From: an uncultured virus (IMG/VR IMGVR_UViG_2061766007_000649)
Taxonomy: Duplodnaviria; Heunggongvirae; Uroviricota; Caudoviricetes; Crassvirales
Length of the DNA stretch: 20,000 bases
IMG/VR virus record: IMGVR_UViG_2061766007_000649
Direction: 5' to 3' (one strand)
This document shows positions 1 through 13,500 of the stretch, one piece after another. The notes under the pieces are model-generated. The model saw only the letters and a list, made by a program, of their open reading frames with translations, was not told where the DNA came from and did no database searches. The first letter of the stretch is position 1. The number at the start of each line of letters is the position of its first letter. The position numbers were made by a program, and so were the translations under genes.

Positions 1-1
1 T

Positions 2-2757
2 GCTTCTTATCTAAATCCTGAAGCTGCCAAAGATATTAAGTATCAGAATACAGTCAACTTGGTTAAAACTATAAAGGATATACTGGGAGTAATTGATTTA
101 AGTGAAAAAACCTCTAAGCCTACTGACTTAAATTCTTTCATTAGAAACTCTATTATAGAACTTAATCCTAGTATGACTGCTGACTTCAAGACAAAGGATG
201 TCAAGCTGCCTAAAAGGTTGAAAGAATTCAACTCAAAGAAGTTTAGTGCCTTAGGAACTCAGGCAGAAAAAGACTGGTATAATAGCAATGATATTGAAGG
301 TAATCTAAGTAAAGTTGCTGCTCTTAGAGCCCAAAAACAAGAGTATGTATTTATTAAGGATTCCTCTTTAATAAATGATGTTAGAAATGAGCTTGGAATT
401 GAAGAGTTCACAGATGACAATGTGCCAATCATTATAGCTGCCAGAGTCACCAAAGGTACAGAAGGAGCCATTCAATTAGAAGATGGAAACTATTACCTCT
501 ATGTTGGCTTATTACAGGACTCTAGAGTTTCTCCAGGACTGTATGATAGAAACGAACTTAATGCTTTAAGAAATGTAGCTATTCAACAAGAAGAAGATGG
601 CCCAATTAAACAGGACGGAAAGATTTATTTCTCTAAAGGAGGCACTATCAAGTATGCTAATAAATCAGAAGATGCCAAGACTGAAACTGATTCTTTAAAA
701 GAGTGGTTACTTGATAAGTATAAGGGAGATAAGGACGCTGCTAAAGCGGACTTTATAAAGCACTTTAGGGGGCTAGTCGCACATATTAATCCTGAAACCA
801 GAGAAGCGTCTGGTAGTGTTGAATGGAATGGTAAAAGAATAAATATATCATTTCCCTATAAAGGAACTCTCGGCAGAGACACCTACAAGTATGCCATCTA
901 TATGCTTGAGAAACCAGATGGTACTGTAGATCCTAAGATATTATTTGTTAGAGACTTAGATGAGTTTAGTTTTGATACAGAATTAGGAATATCCAATGTC
1001 TATGAGGCTCTTAGTGGTCCACTACTTACTGATAAGCAATATAAGGATGTTAAAGAGTTAGATTTCTTAAGGAGACCTGTAAATTACATTTACACCAGAC
1101 TTATTGCTCCTAATATTGAGGGACTTAGTTCCTCAAGAGCAAGCACTAAGCAAGAAGCTATAAATGCTATGCAGCATAGTCNNNNNNNNNNNNNNNNNNN
1201 NNNNNNNNNAAGCAATCAGCAAAGCACGGTCCAGATTTTGAGGTTAACTTTAGAATTAAGGATAATAATCTAGAATTTACTGCTTATCAAGAGACAGATG
1301 CTGGCAAAACTCAATATGGAGATATTCCTATAGTACTGTCTAGTCTTCCATTAGAAGATCTTAAATCTGCAGAAGCAGCCATTAGATTTGTTCAGAATGN
1401 NNNNNNNNNNNNNNNNNNNNNNNNNTCTGGAATTCTCAGAAGAGATGATAATGGATATCCATTAGTTAAGTTCCAAATCAATTATAGAGAGAGTGAGAGT
1501 GAGGCTAAGAATGTCTTTGATGAGGATAAAGTTGAGGATCTTCTTCTAGCAAATGCTTGGAAACTTANNNNNNNNNNNNNNNAAAGCATTGCTGTTAATC
1601 CTACTGTTCAGGGTGGACCTGCCCCTATAAAGAATACAGGCAATCCAGTTCAAGATGCTATTGATGCTATTACTCAGCCAGAGTTTATAGACGAGCATGA
1701 GGGTGAACACTTTGAGGTTGGTCCAAATGAAACTGAGGTTACTACATTCATTCATGGTACTGAGGAAGGAACAGACTTTGACAGTTTAACAAATCAGTTA
1801 GCTACTAACTTAGGTACATCTGTTGATAAACTATATAGAGTTTGGAGAAAAGAAAAAACTGTTGATTCTGTAACTCAATATATGAAATCTCATAATCTTG
1901 GAAGCTGGGTTGGTATAACAAGAATGTATATACCTATAATATGTCAAGAGTTTGAGAGAATTGATAAGTTCTTTGCTGACAAGAAAGAAACTCCAATACC
2001 TGTAGATCTGATATTCAAGGGCCCTATAAATGTTAATGGAAAGACCCATGATTTCATAGGAAAACCAGATATCATAACTGTAGATAAAGATGGTAAATAT
2101 CATATCTACGATATGAAGTCTTTCAGATATCAGGCTGGTGCAAGCAAGTCAGTTCCTGGATTTAAGAATACTACATTTATCTTAAATGGTATTAGAGGAT
2201 TTGACAGCAAATATTCGTACTGGCAACAGCAGATGAGTATCTACAGAATGCTTATCGAATCTAAATTAGGTAAAGGCACTGTAGTTCCAGAGTTTGGTGT
2301 TATTCCTGTGAGACTTGGATATGCTGTAGAAGGAAGTATTGATGACTATGTAGTTCCAGGAATTGGAGCACACAAGTTAACAGGAAAGGACGGAAAAGCA
2401 CTACATCTAGATTTCTCAAATGCTCCTTTGGAGATGTCTCCTAGTAAGCATCCAGAAAGGGTTACAAGATGTTACGATGATGCTATTAGAATTCCTGCCA
2501 TAGAGGATATCACAACAATTAATCCTACTGGATGGAAGCAGATGTCTAAAGCAGATGAATTAAAGAGCTCATTACAGCAAGTTAGACAAGACGGTGTTTC
2601 GGTTAAATCTGAACCTAAAGCTGAAGTTGAAGTTGTAGCTGCTCCAAGTGAGCAAAGAGAACTAAAGAGTATGAGCCCAGATGAAATTGCTCAAGAGCTA
2701 GCTGGTCCTGAGGTAGATGTTAGTATTGAAGATCTAATCAACGGAGCTTGCTCCTAA
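2..2757 (+). CDS. Giant putative virion cargo protein (5'-truncated by window) with C-terminal RecB/Cas4-like PD-(D/E)xK nuclease domain
   Basis: Frame 2 is open from base 2 (ASYLNPEAAK...) to the N-run at 1182-1209. Frame 1 is then open from 1210 (KQSAKHGPDFEV...SGILRRDDNGYP...SIAVNPTVQGG...) across two more gaps into ORF 1882..2757, ending in TAA. Nuclease motifs: EVTTFIH (1735-1755), LGTSVD (1810-1827), GKPD (2059-2070), YDMK (2107-2118), QMSIY (2230-2244). The cargo role is inferred from size and position next to the RNAP locus. Confidence 0.8.
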
Positions 2758-2802
2758 CAAAAAAAATAAAGGGAAGTGATTTTATCACTTCCCTTTTGTT
2801 TT
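2758..2802. terminator. Bidirectional rho-independent terminator between convergent giant genes
   Basis: Perfect inverted repeat AAAGGGAAGTGAT (2768-2780), TTT loop, ATCACTTCCCTTT (2784-2796). A T-tract follows on + (TTTTGTTTT) and an A-tract precedes it (T-tract on -). It fills the 46 bp between the stops at 2757 (+) and 2804 (-). Confidence 0.93.
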
Positions 2803-2803
2803 A

Positions 2804-5800
2804 TTATCTCTCTAAAGTAGGAAACTTTTGTTGCTGTTTCTGGTACCTATCTATTGATTCTTGTTTTCCATACCAGTCTATTAATTGTACCTTATCCATA
2901 CCTGGATCAGGGGTACTATCATAAGTAAATCCTATTTTAGTTAACCAGAATTTAGCCTCCTTTGCATTCCACTTTTCAAATCTCTCTCCTCCAGAAAGTA
3001 ATGCAGAAACACCGTCAAACGCAGTCTTTAAACCAGAGCTGAACATGATAGAACTGGAGTAGTCACCCATCTGAATTAGGTCGTTTGCAAATCTAACTGG
3101 ATTCATCAAAGTAATGCCCTCATCCCTTACACNNNNNNNNNNNNNNNNNNNNNNNNTCCTGTCATATAATACAAAGGATCCTTGGTATCATATATAGTAT
3201 TCTTGAGCTGATAAGACATTACTCTATCATTAAACTCATCAGTGCCAGGAGTAAAGGCTCCATAAGAATAATCATTAATATTCTTAGGATACTGGAGCTT
3301 CCTATTTGGACTACTCCAATCAGCTAATTGCTCAGTAGCCTTTACCTCATCCCTATAAATAGCACCCTTTGGAGCTAATATTCCGGGTTTGACTAATTTA
3401 TTCTCACCAAGTAACTCAGGATACATTAAACTTAGCCCAGTTACTGAAGTTTTAAGTGGTAGTTTACCCTTCTTCTCATATACCTTCTTACCAATTTGCT
3501 GTTCATTTCCCCTATAAAGACTTCTAGCAAGAATAGCAAGTAAAAAGTTAAGCCAGAATCCTATACACATATCTGTAACTTTCTTTAATTGGTCAGGATC
3601 CCAACCACATCTAGTCATATGCTCTACAAGATTCTTATTTTTAAGTGCAAATGGCCAAGCTAAAAGCTCAAGAGTGTACGCAGCATACTGTCCCCTAGAT
3701 ATATTATCGTATTTAACTAACTCTCTATTGCTAAATACACTCCATAGAGCAAGTCTATAGGCGTCAAGCATAGCGTGCTTATATTCTCCAGCAGAAATAG
3801 AGTAATTACTATAATAGTTCCTCTGAATGTAGCCAAACATATAGCCCTTAATCTTGCCAAGAGATTGAGTATAAACACCAGACTGGAATTCAGTGGCATT
3901 TAGCATTCCATAGACACCTTGAGAAGAGATAATATAGTCATTGATTCCATTGCAGAGCTTATATTCATCATCCTCAGTAAAGCTGATTTCCCTAATAAGT
4001 TCCTTCAAGACATTTTCAATCTCATCTGCAGTCTTATAACCACCAGAAGGGTTATATATATTTAGACTTTCCCCGCTATTATTATAGAAATCCTCAAGTC
4101 TTCTAATTGCCTCAGAATCCTGAACTCTCATTATCTCTACATCTGGATTCTCTTCAGCAAGGCTGTTGTTCTCTATGATATCTGCTAGCTCTTTTCTGGC
4201 GGCATCAAGTACTTTATATTTAGAAATATCTCTAGAATCCTTAAGAATACCATTTAATATATATGGATTACCATTATTATCAAACCCATAAACATCCGTA
4301 GCCTTAATTGCCTTACCTGTCTCGGCACTATATAGCCTCTTAGATCCTAACATAGAGTTATAAATAATACCAATTAAGGCATTATCAGTAAGACTATAGT
4401 TGGCCATAGCTACATTTACAAGAGTTTGAAGAGATAAGAATCCCTTTCTTCTAGTAATCTTAGCAGGAGTTCTATATGAATCCCATCTGTCAACCAGCTT
4501 CTGGTACCTGTCAAATCCCATAGTTCCACCAGAGAATATTCTAGCAATCTCACCACCAACATGTTTAGGATTAAGGTTTAAAAGGGTTTGTTTAACTATA
4601 TCTCTTAGTGTAACCCCCTCAACAACTCCCGCACCAACATCTTGAATGAAAATACGCATACCAGCAAGATAATTCTTTAAGCCCGCTATAGGAGAAATAC
4701 ATAGGGCTCTAATAGCACCAAAAGCACTGATAGCACCGGCTATACCCTTAAGATTTGTTGCTTTATTAAGGAATCTCCCTAACCAAGTTTCCTCACTAAA
4801 TCTCTTCTTTTGCTGACCTCTGTAGATAAGTCTTCTCATTATATTTTCTCTTTGTTGAGAAGACACTTCAGCGGCCTTACCTGCCTTACCGGTATTCTGT
4901 AAATCGGCTTNNNNNNNNNNNNNNNNNNNNNNNNNNNNNNNNNNNNNNNNNNNNNTAGCAACTTCCTGAGAGGTATGAAATCTACAGGCCATCTCCACAT
5001 ATTTATCTAATGACTTAAATAAATCTGTAGACAGGTCTTCCATATTATCAAGAAGATTAATGCCATAGAGGGCAAGCTTATCAAGTTGAAGATCATCCTC
5101 TTCTTCTTTAACTAGAGCCACTGATTCAGTAATAGGACTACCAAAGTTATTAGAAGTCACATCTTCACAGTATGCAGCCAGGTCAGAAGTGTCAGATAAA
5201 TCTTTCTTAATCTGCCTCTTATTCTTAATCCTGTTGATGAAGTTAGCCTTAAACTGAGGAATTCTTCCANNNNNNNNNNNNNNNNNNNNNNNNNNNNTCA
5301 TTGCTAGTCTGATCAGTAAGATAGTCAGAGTCAATATGGTTCTTAAACTCTAAGATAGAATTATAGAGCTCTCTAAACTCAGGGAACTGATTACAAAAAT
5401 CAATAAAATTCTGATTGATATATGTTTTAGATAATATTCTATTCTTCCTATCAGAGTAAGCAGAATCATAGAAGTCCTCCATTAGAGGATGATTATCCCT
5501 GTAATCCTGAAATACATTATATTTTTGGGCCTTGGACAGTCTCTTATATGAAGCCATATCAAAGGTATAGCTACCATCAGAAGTGGTTAGAGTACCATCT
5601 TCAAGTTCTTGTCTGAATTGGTCTTTAATTTCTTTAATTACAGCGCTCTTATCAGCCTCAAATTGACCCTTCTTAATATCTGTGATAAACCAGCCAGTCA
5701 GCTTTCCATCCTGAGTTCTCTCATATAGCATAGTTTCAGGATCATAGCCATACTGTTGAATTATCCTCCTAGTCTTAGGGTCAGAGATAAACTTTCTCCA

Positions 5801-7528
5801 TCTATTTTCTAAGTCAGTAAGGTCTGAGATCTCATTATTATATAAGATGGCTTCTTTAGCCTTTGACTTTCTAACTATATCATAGAAAATCTGAGTAGTA
5901 ACATCTCTCTGATTAGAATAAGTTCTGAAGAAAGTAAGTACTCTACTAGTATCACTAAGTCTATCTATATAGGAGGTAGCCAGTTTAGCAGCACTAATAT
6001 GCCTTGCCTCTCTGATTTTTGCAGGGGAGAATAAACCGGGAGAAACNNNNNNNNNNNNNNNNNNNNNNNNNNNNNNNNNNNNNNNNNNNNNNNNNNNNNN
6101 NNNNNNNNNNNNNNNNNNNNNTCTGAAATGAAATTAGATATTCCATCCAAGAAAGTTGTGTCTACAGAGGGCTCCCCGTCCTTAAAAGTTTTAAATGTTT
6201 CAGAGATATCACGAAGTGCCTTTGTTATCTCAGAGGCTTCAAATATAGTATTAATAGTATCTATATCAATGTCCTCCTCAAACATATCTTCAGAGAGAGC
6301 AGTAAGAGGCCCTGCTAGAATACCAAGTCTATCTAATAGACCCTGTACAGCACTTGAGGTAATTGCCAAGCTCTCCTCTTCACTTAAAGATACTAAATCT
6401 TTACCTTCTAATAGACTTCTACTAGAGAGCTTCTGATAGACATCTTTATAAGCAACCTTACTAAAATTATCAACTCTTGCACCCAGTCTTTTAATTCTGT
6501 CTAAGGTACCCTTTAATAATTTATTTTCCTCAGGGATAGAGCCTGCAGAGTATAGTGTAGTAGGACTCTTTAATGCCTCATGAACGTCAAAGTTCTCATC
6601 AAATAAGAACCCATGAGCCAAAGTCTCAGCCATAACTCTTGCCTTCTGCTTCNNNNNNNNNNNNNNNNNNNNNNNNNNNNNNNNNNNNNNNNNNNNNNNN
6701 NNNNNNNNNNNNNNNNNNNNNNNNNNNNNNNNNNNNNNNNNNNNNNNNNNNNNNNNNNNNNNNNNNNNNNNNNNNNNNNNNNNNNNNNNNNNNNNNNNNN
6801 NNNNNNNTAATAGTATTCTCATTAATAGCTCCTAATAGTCTATTAATAAACACAGAATCTTTACAGGCAATGGTGGCCAAGTGAGCACTCTCTTCTACTA
6901 GAACTTCCTCTATTGGGGCTCCTTTAGAGATCTCTATTAGATGATATAGGCCATCAAATGCAGTCTGAGCATTCTCGGTTGAAAACCTACCATTGTATTT
7001 ATTTTTACCAACAAAATCATAGGCAACCCCCAACTGTTTAAGTCTATCGGAGATAATTTTAATAATTCTATTGTTTTCAAGGTAGGTCTGCAAAGCAGCA
7101 CTTCTATTGGGAGTTCTTTGGGAAAGGGTAAATTTAACTGTGTTGCCCTCATTTGGCATAATCACTGGAACAAAATCATCTTTTAATTCCTCCTCAGCAT
7201 TAAACTTAGAAACCTTTGAGGAAACTTCCTCAGTGGGAAGAGAGGACTCTTCCCACTTTTTGGAAAGTTTCTGTTTAATTTCATCAGAAGTAAAAGTGAT
7301 TCCAGTAATATCCAAGAAGGCATGTGCATCAATTTGCCCGTTCTTGTCCAAAACAACATCAATAGCATCTACAGATGAGAGAAACCCCTCATCTGTAGCT
7401 ATCTTATATTGTTGCTCTGCCCATTCATAATTGCCAGATATCTTCCATAAATCCTCAAATAACTTACTTGGGACATCTTGGTTCTTAGAATTCTTAACGC
7501 ATGGAATTATAAAACAAGATTCACTCAT
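2804..7528 (-). CDS. Giant (~1570 aa) putative virion cargo/ejection protein with N-terminal degenerate zincin-like domain and hydrophobic segments
   Basis: ORF-track pieces 6626..7528, 5965..6822, 5249..5731, 3127..5334 and 2804..3109 change frame only at N-runs. The linking stretch 6046->5732 reads open (VSPGLFSPAKIREAR...IQQYGYDPETMLYER), as does 3130->3110 (VRDEGIT-LMNP). It starts 6 nt after the RNAP stop and ends TAATAA. It has EESAH at 6881-6895 and hydrophobic runs GIAGAISAFGAIRALCISPIAGL and CIGFWLNFLLAILA. Confidence 0.75.
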
Positions 7529-7534
7529 ATTTCA

Positions 7535-10500
7535 TTAATGTACTTTACATTGTGGTCTATCATCACTGCTAGTTAACTCTTCATCTGCAGTTCTTTCTTT
7601 GGCATCATCATATCCCTCTTCAGCAGTAGAACTGGGAGCCTCTTCAGCATCAGTAACTATCTCATCTGCTCCTAAAACTTTAGTAACTTGCGTTACTGCT
7701 GTATTATAGTTAAAGATGATTCCATTTCTCTGATTATATAATCCGGAGAGTTTGCTAGTTAATTCTTCTACATCTTCTCTAATATCATCGTTACTTACGG
7801 GGACATACATAATGGTTCTTTCAGATATTGGCTTATAGCTATCATAATCAATAGAGTACTTACCAAAGCTCTGTTTAGCCAATACATACATCATTCCGTC
7901 TACTCTAATAATAGGAACATAATAGAATCCAACAACTGCGTTGCCTTCCTTCTTAGCTTGGAGCTGAACTAAATCTGCAGAATTCCTGGGAGACACCTGT
8001 CCTTTCTTTGCTGAAATAAATATCAACTCTTTGATATTCGGATCCACCTCGGCATCCACAGTTCTGACCATCTTAGAGTCTTCATTGTGTGCCATAATGA
8101 ACTGGTATAACTTCTTTTTTGCTTCTAGCTTTTTAGAAGTATCCATTTCATCATAGTATATATCGTTGGTGTGTCTATCAAAGAAATCAGCATAGGTCAT
8201 ACCAGAAGTTTCGTCTACTATAATAGATTGAAGAACAGAAACTGGAGCAGCTTCCATCAGTCTATTATAAGCAGGATTTAAACCACTTCTGTAATACATA
8301 TACATATAGAGGCCTTTAGCAACTTCTGGATATTTTTGCATAAGAACTTCCCAGTCAGAAGTAATATTGAACTTCTCCCAAGAATCCCAAGAACTGGAGT
8401 AAGAAGGCTCAATTTCCAGTAAATCAGACCTTCCTTTTACCTCTCTAATACCTGAAACAAGAATGGAGGTAAGTTGGCTATCTCTAATCTGAGGATCTTC
8501 TGTTGCTTCATTCCACTGCATGATCCAGCCATTAGTTTCTTCAGAAGCTTCTTCTGGATTTTCAGCATAATTTGGTAACAAGTATCTCAGAGCATTACTT
8601 ACTGTCTGTCCCTCCATAATATAAGAAGGATTGAATTCACCAGGTAGGGATGAAAGAATTATTGTGGGTAAATCTTTATGTAATGCTTCCATTTGGTCTG
8701 CCCCAAGTCCCCAAGGAGCAATCAGCTTAGAAAGCACATCTCTGTAGCCCTGATAAAGAGGAGTGTTTAGAACAGTATATTTACTCATCATCATCATCAT
8801 AGCATTGTCAACAATGTTAGCAAGTATGTTTTCATAGACGAAAGGATGGTCTTTATACTTCTCTAATAACTCCTTACTCTTATTCTCATCAAGTAAATCT
8901 TCTAATGTTATATCACGAGTGATTGGATATGCACCTTCACTGGTCTGAATTGTTATTCTACTAAATTCTCTATTAGACTTATCTGCTGAACTAAGATAAT
9001 CCTCACATCTAGATTTAATAGTATTAGCAGAAGTATTTCTAGTTTGCTGAACATAGTTACTAAAGTCTTGTTTAGTAGCCATGATAGAATTAAACAATTG
9101 AGCAACAGCAATTTGAGACTGATTAGAAGGACTGGCATCTAATGAAAGATTCTTAGCAAGTTCTTCAGAACTTAACCACCTACCATCAATAGATGCCTTA
9201 GCACCAAACATAGCACTTGCACCTTGAACTCCCCTGTTAGACAGCATTCTAGTAAGTGCTCTTCTAACACTAGTTTCCCCAGTTCTCTTCATAAATCTAC
9301 ACATGTCCTTGATAACTGGCTGATTAAGTAGTAAACCAATATCTCTAGTAGTGTAGCCCAGTCTTGCAAGCATTGCTGCGGCGTCTGCAGTAATAGAGTT
9401 AAGATTCAAGAAATTCAACACAGGATCCTTAACAGCATCAACTGATGCAGCAAGTAACTCTGCTAAAGTCCTCTTAATCAACACTCCATTAACTGTAGTA
9501 TGAAGGAATGAAAGGCCAATATCATTAGTATCAATGCCCTCGGTAACTCCGTCCACCTCAGTGACTGCATCTTTAAGGCTTCCAAACAGAATTCTATTCT
9601 TTGGATCAGTGATCTTAAAGGTTTTTAGCCCCTTAGATATGAAGTTATTAACACTATCATTAGCAAATATACCAATTAAAGTACCAGCAATTTGATTCTG
9701 TTCTTTGAACACAATGGAAGTCATAGGTTCTGAATAGTCATATTCAACCTTTGCATCTTCCATGCTAGGAGCATCCTTAACAAACTCAGAGAAGGGCTCG
9801 ACTTCTGGATTCCATTTACCTGCAAACAGAAGTCTCATTAATTTTGCATCCTCTGAAGACTGAGCAAATCCACCAATAGTATATCTATCTTTAAGAGTAG
9901 ACTCATCTGAGAGAATGGCAACCATACAATCTATAATAACATTGTCAAGGTCACTTTGGGACATCTTCATTAGATCTTGAACATTCATATCATAGCTGAT
10001 ATGAGTACTCTGCATTTTGCCTTTTTGCAGCTTGTTCTTAGTCTCAGCAAAGACATCTTCCTTCTTTCCAAAGATAGTATCAAGGCCTGCAATATCCCAG
10101 TAAGTATGCCAATCTCTTCCTTCAGGACGACCCTCTTTCTCCCATTCTTGTCTGACAGCCTCTCTAACTCCGGGATTCTCTTCATAAATGGCCTTCCAAA
10201 CATCTTCATTGCTGATAGGTTCAGCCTTGAAGTTATGGCGCATCAAGAAGAGCTTATCAATATCAAAGTCAAAGCCAGCAATAGTAGTACATTCAGCAGG
10301 GAGTTTAATGGTATTAGCTGCAGTTTTAGCATTGCATTTAACTATCTTAAGATGGAACATAGAGTACTCCATCTCAGTAGGAATACGATATGCGATTACA
10401 TCAGTAATTCCAGGATAATCAATTTCAATCTTAGGAACTGCAGTATCATATCTGTCCTCAGTAATGGCTTTGCCTTCAGCATCTAAGAAATAGCCATTCT

Positions 10501-13500
10501 CATCACAGTAATCTTGAAACCTAAGAGGCACCATATTTCCATTTTCATCTGTGTAATGGAAGTCAAATGCCATCTCTGTTTGCATAGCAACTGGAATGCC
10601 ATTCTCAATAACTGCATGTAATCCAGTGTCAGTTAGGGCATCTTTACCATATCCCATAGAAGATGCCTGAACAATACTACCGCCGGAAATTAACTGTCTA
10701 ATAACGGTCTTCTTGAAGATGCTAATAACACTACTGTTGATATCACTAGCGTTGCTAGGCTCACCAAATGGAATTGTAGGATTCTCACCATCAACTAAAG
10801 TTAGTCTAGAGATCGCAGCAAGATTACCTCTACCATTATTGAGAAGATTGTAAATCATATCACTAATGGCTTGAGNNNNNNNNNNNNNNNNNNNNNNNCT
10901 TTTGGAAGGACTTCATATATTTGAGGGCATGAGCAGCACCATATATCTGAGCAAGCTTCTTACCTGAAATCTTTTCTCCAGAATTATTAGAGGTTTTGCC
11001 AATAGTATAATCCTTGTCCTGCTTAATAGCACCAGTTCCAATCTTTCTACCCTGAGTACCAACAATACTATTGCCATCAGTGTGATCAGGAATGTTGCTT
11101 TGGATCAAGTAATTCTCATTGGGAATAGTATGAACAATGTATTCAGTAGTATCCTCTCCAGTTCTATGAGCATCAAAGATGGATTTAACCGAAGTACCAC
11201 TCTCCCACTCTACAAACTTTCCAGAGTTCCGAGGATTAGCCCTTTGTTGACCTGCAGTCTGAGTACCATCATCAATGATTTTGCCATTCTCATCCATGCC
11301 AGGGAGTAAATCTCCGTTCTTATCAACATATTTACCATTGACCATTTTGTATTGAAGGTCCATCTCACCAAAGCAACCCTTCTTTAAACACTTATCAGAA
11401 GCGAGTAAATCAATCTTCCTATCAACCATTTCATCTCCAAGCTCTCTTAATTTAGAGCCCACAGGGAATAGTTCTGGAAGTAGGGGTACTTCAGCATATT
11501 TGAATTGGAATGCAACCTTAACATTAGCATCTCCGAAGGTTTCAATACCATCATTGATGGGCTTAATAGGCTGCATTTCAACCATTAAATCTTCAATCTC
11601 TTGAATCTGATCAGCAGTGAGAGACAATATTCTACCTTGCTTTCTGGNNNNNNNNNNNNNNNNNNNNNNNNNNNNNAGCTTCTTGACTCTCAGTCCAATA
11701 GGATAAACCAGCACTCAATAAAATCTTTCTATAAGACTCAAAAGAGCGATATGCCTGACCATCAGTAAGGGAATTACTAGAGAAATTCTTCAAATACTTC
11801 TCTGCTTCACGATCACCCCAAAGCTTACTAAAATAATTAAACAAAGCATCATAACTTGCCTTATCTAATCCAGTCTTAATATCTTTGAAGTAAACCACCT
11901 TACTAGTGAAATCATAGGTATTAGTCTTTGGATCGTAATCCCAAATATAATTACCATCAGCATCTCTAGCTTCCATAGAAAGAGCAGCACCATTAGTCAG
12001 AGTACCTTTATTTCTCTTCTGATGTTCCTCAACACCATTGAAGAATAAAGGATTAACCTGCATTAAATGTGCCTGATTATAAGCACCAAACTTATAATTG
12101 TAGTAGAAATCAAATAGAAGTTCATTCAATCTATCTTCCTTAGTGCTCTGATTGTTACCAAGATAGCTATTAAAGTAGATATAATCTCCCTTATCATTCT
12201 TATCCAGAAGACCCATCTCTTCTATATCTACCTTGAATGTCTTAAATCCCTCTTCAAGATACTCTTGAGCAGTCTGTATAAAGGCTTCCTTAGTATCTAC
12301 TCCTCCTCCTAATTNNNNNNNNNNNNNNNNNNNNNNNTTGCTTGCCTTTGTAAGGCATATTTAGGAACTGCAAAATACCAAACAGATTCTCATTAGATCT
12401 TCTGGTTTTATTTCCAGCAGCATCTCTGACTTGTCTACTAGTATATGCTTCCTTTCCATTAGCAGAGAATACTATGCCTCTTCTATTGAACTCCTTAATA
12501 GTATCTTGATTTGCCCTATCTGCTAAATAGAGATTGTACATACCATCAAGGACCTCAGGAAGATAGTAGTGAATGGTACTAATCTGCCTTAGTGCATTAG
12601 TGTCACCAGTAATGAAGGAAGGAATATAAGCGGGATCATCTCTATATACCCATTTACCATTAAAGTACATTCTAGGAGAGCCTAGAAGAACTTGTCTATT
12701 AGATCTATCTTTAGTATCTACCTGACTTTCATCAGTAATAAATCTAACATTTGCGTTCAGCCAAGTTCTGCCTCCCAGATATCCCATAATAAACATGAGC
12801 ATATGNNNNNNNNNNNNNNNNNNNNNNNNNNNNNNNNNNNNNNNNNNNNNNNNNNNNNNNNNNNNNNNNNNNNNNNNNNNNNNNNNNNNNNNNNNNNNNN
12901 NNNNNNNNNNNNNNNNNNNNNNNNNNNNNNNNNNNNNNNNNNNNNNNNAATATTTGTCCTCAAGATAACTACTTAAGGGAGTAACCTCTCTACCATCAAT
13001 AATAGCATCATAAAGACTATTAAGCTTCTTAGTTAAGATAGAATAAGGGGAATTTAATATCATTGAAGATATAGTACTACCAGCAAATGTAACTTGCCTT
13101 GTACTTTGAGATTTAGGAGTAGCCTGAATGAGGTTCATGATAGTGCCAATGGCTTTCTTCATATCCTCACTCTTACCCATCTTAGTCCTAAGACCAGCAA
13201 TATTCCTTGAGAAGATAGAATCTCCGGCAGAGAAATATACTTGAAGTGCTAAAGTTAAAGCATCCTGTCTAGAAACATCTGATAGAATCTCCCTAATAAT
13301 ATTAATGTCAATGGGAAAATTAAGCGCTTCCAGTATGGATGTTAGCTGCCCTTCTTGAGTAGCCAAAGCCGCCTTCTTAAAGATAGTGTTCTCAAACCCA
13401 CCGTCTTCATTTAAGAAGATAGTTTTAAATCTTCTATATAAAGCATCAAAGTCCTTATAAGATCTCAGGTTAGTAACCTTATAGCCAGTATCAGTATCTT

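Noticed and set aside
1882..2757. Stand-alone cas4 / CRISPR-Cas locus
   Set aside because: No repeat-spacer array or other cas genes were seen, the Cas4 four-Cys cluster is absent, and the domain is fused to a giant protein.
8786..8800. (CAT)5 microsatellite encoding MMMMM in the RNAP
   Set aside because: Short in-frame triplet run with no evidence for phase variation.
9977..10486. 169 aa + strand ORF and other antisense or alternate-frame ORFs over the giant genes and thyX
   Set aside because: These are shadow ORFs opposite or inside well-supported genes, with no motifs and atypical composition.
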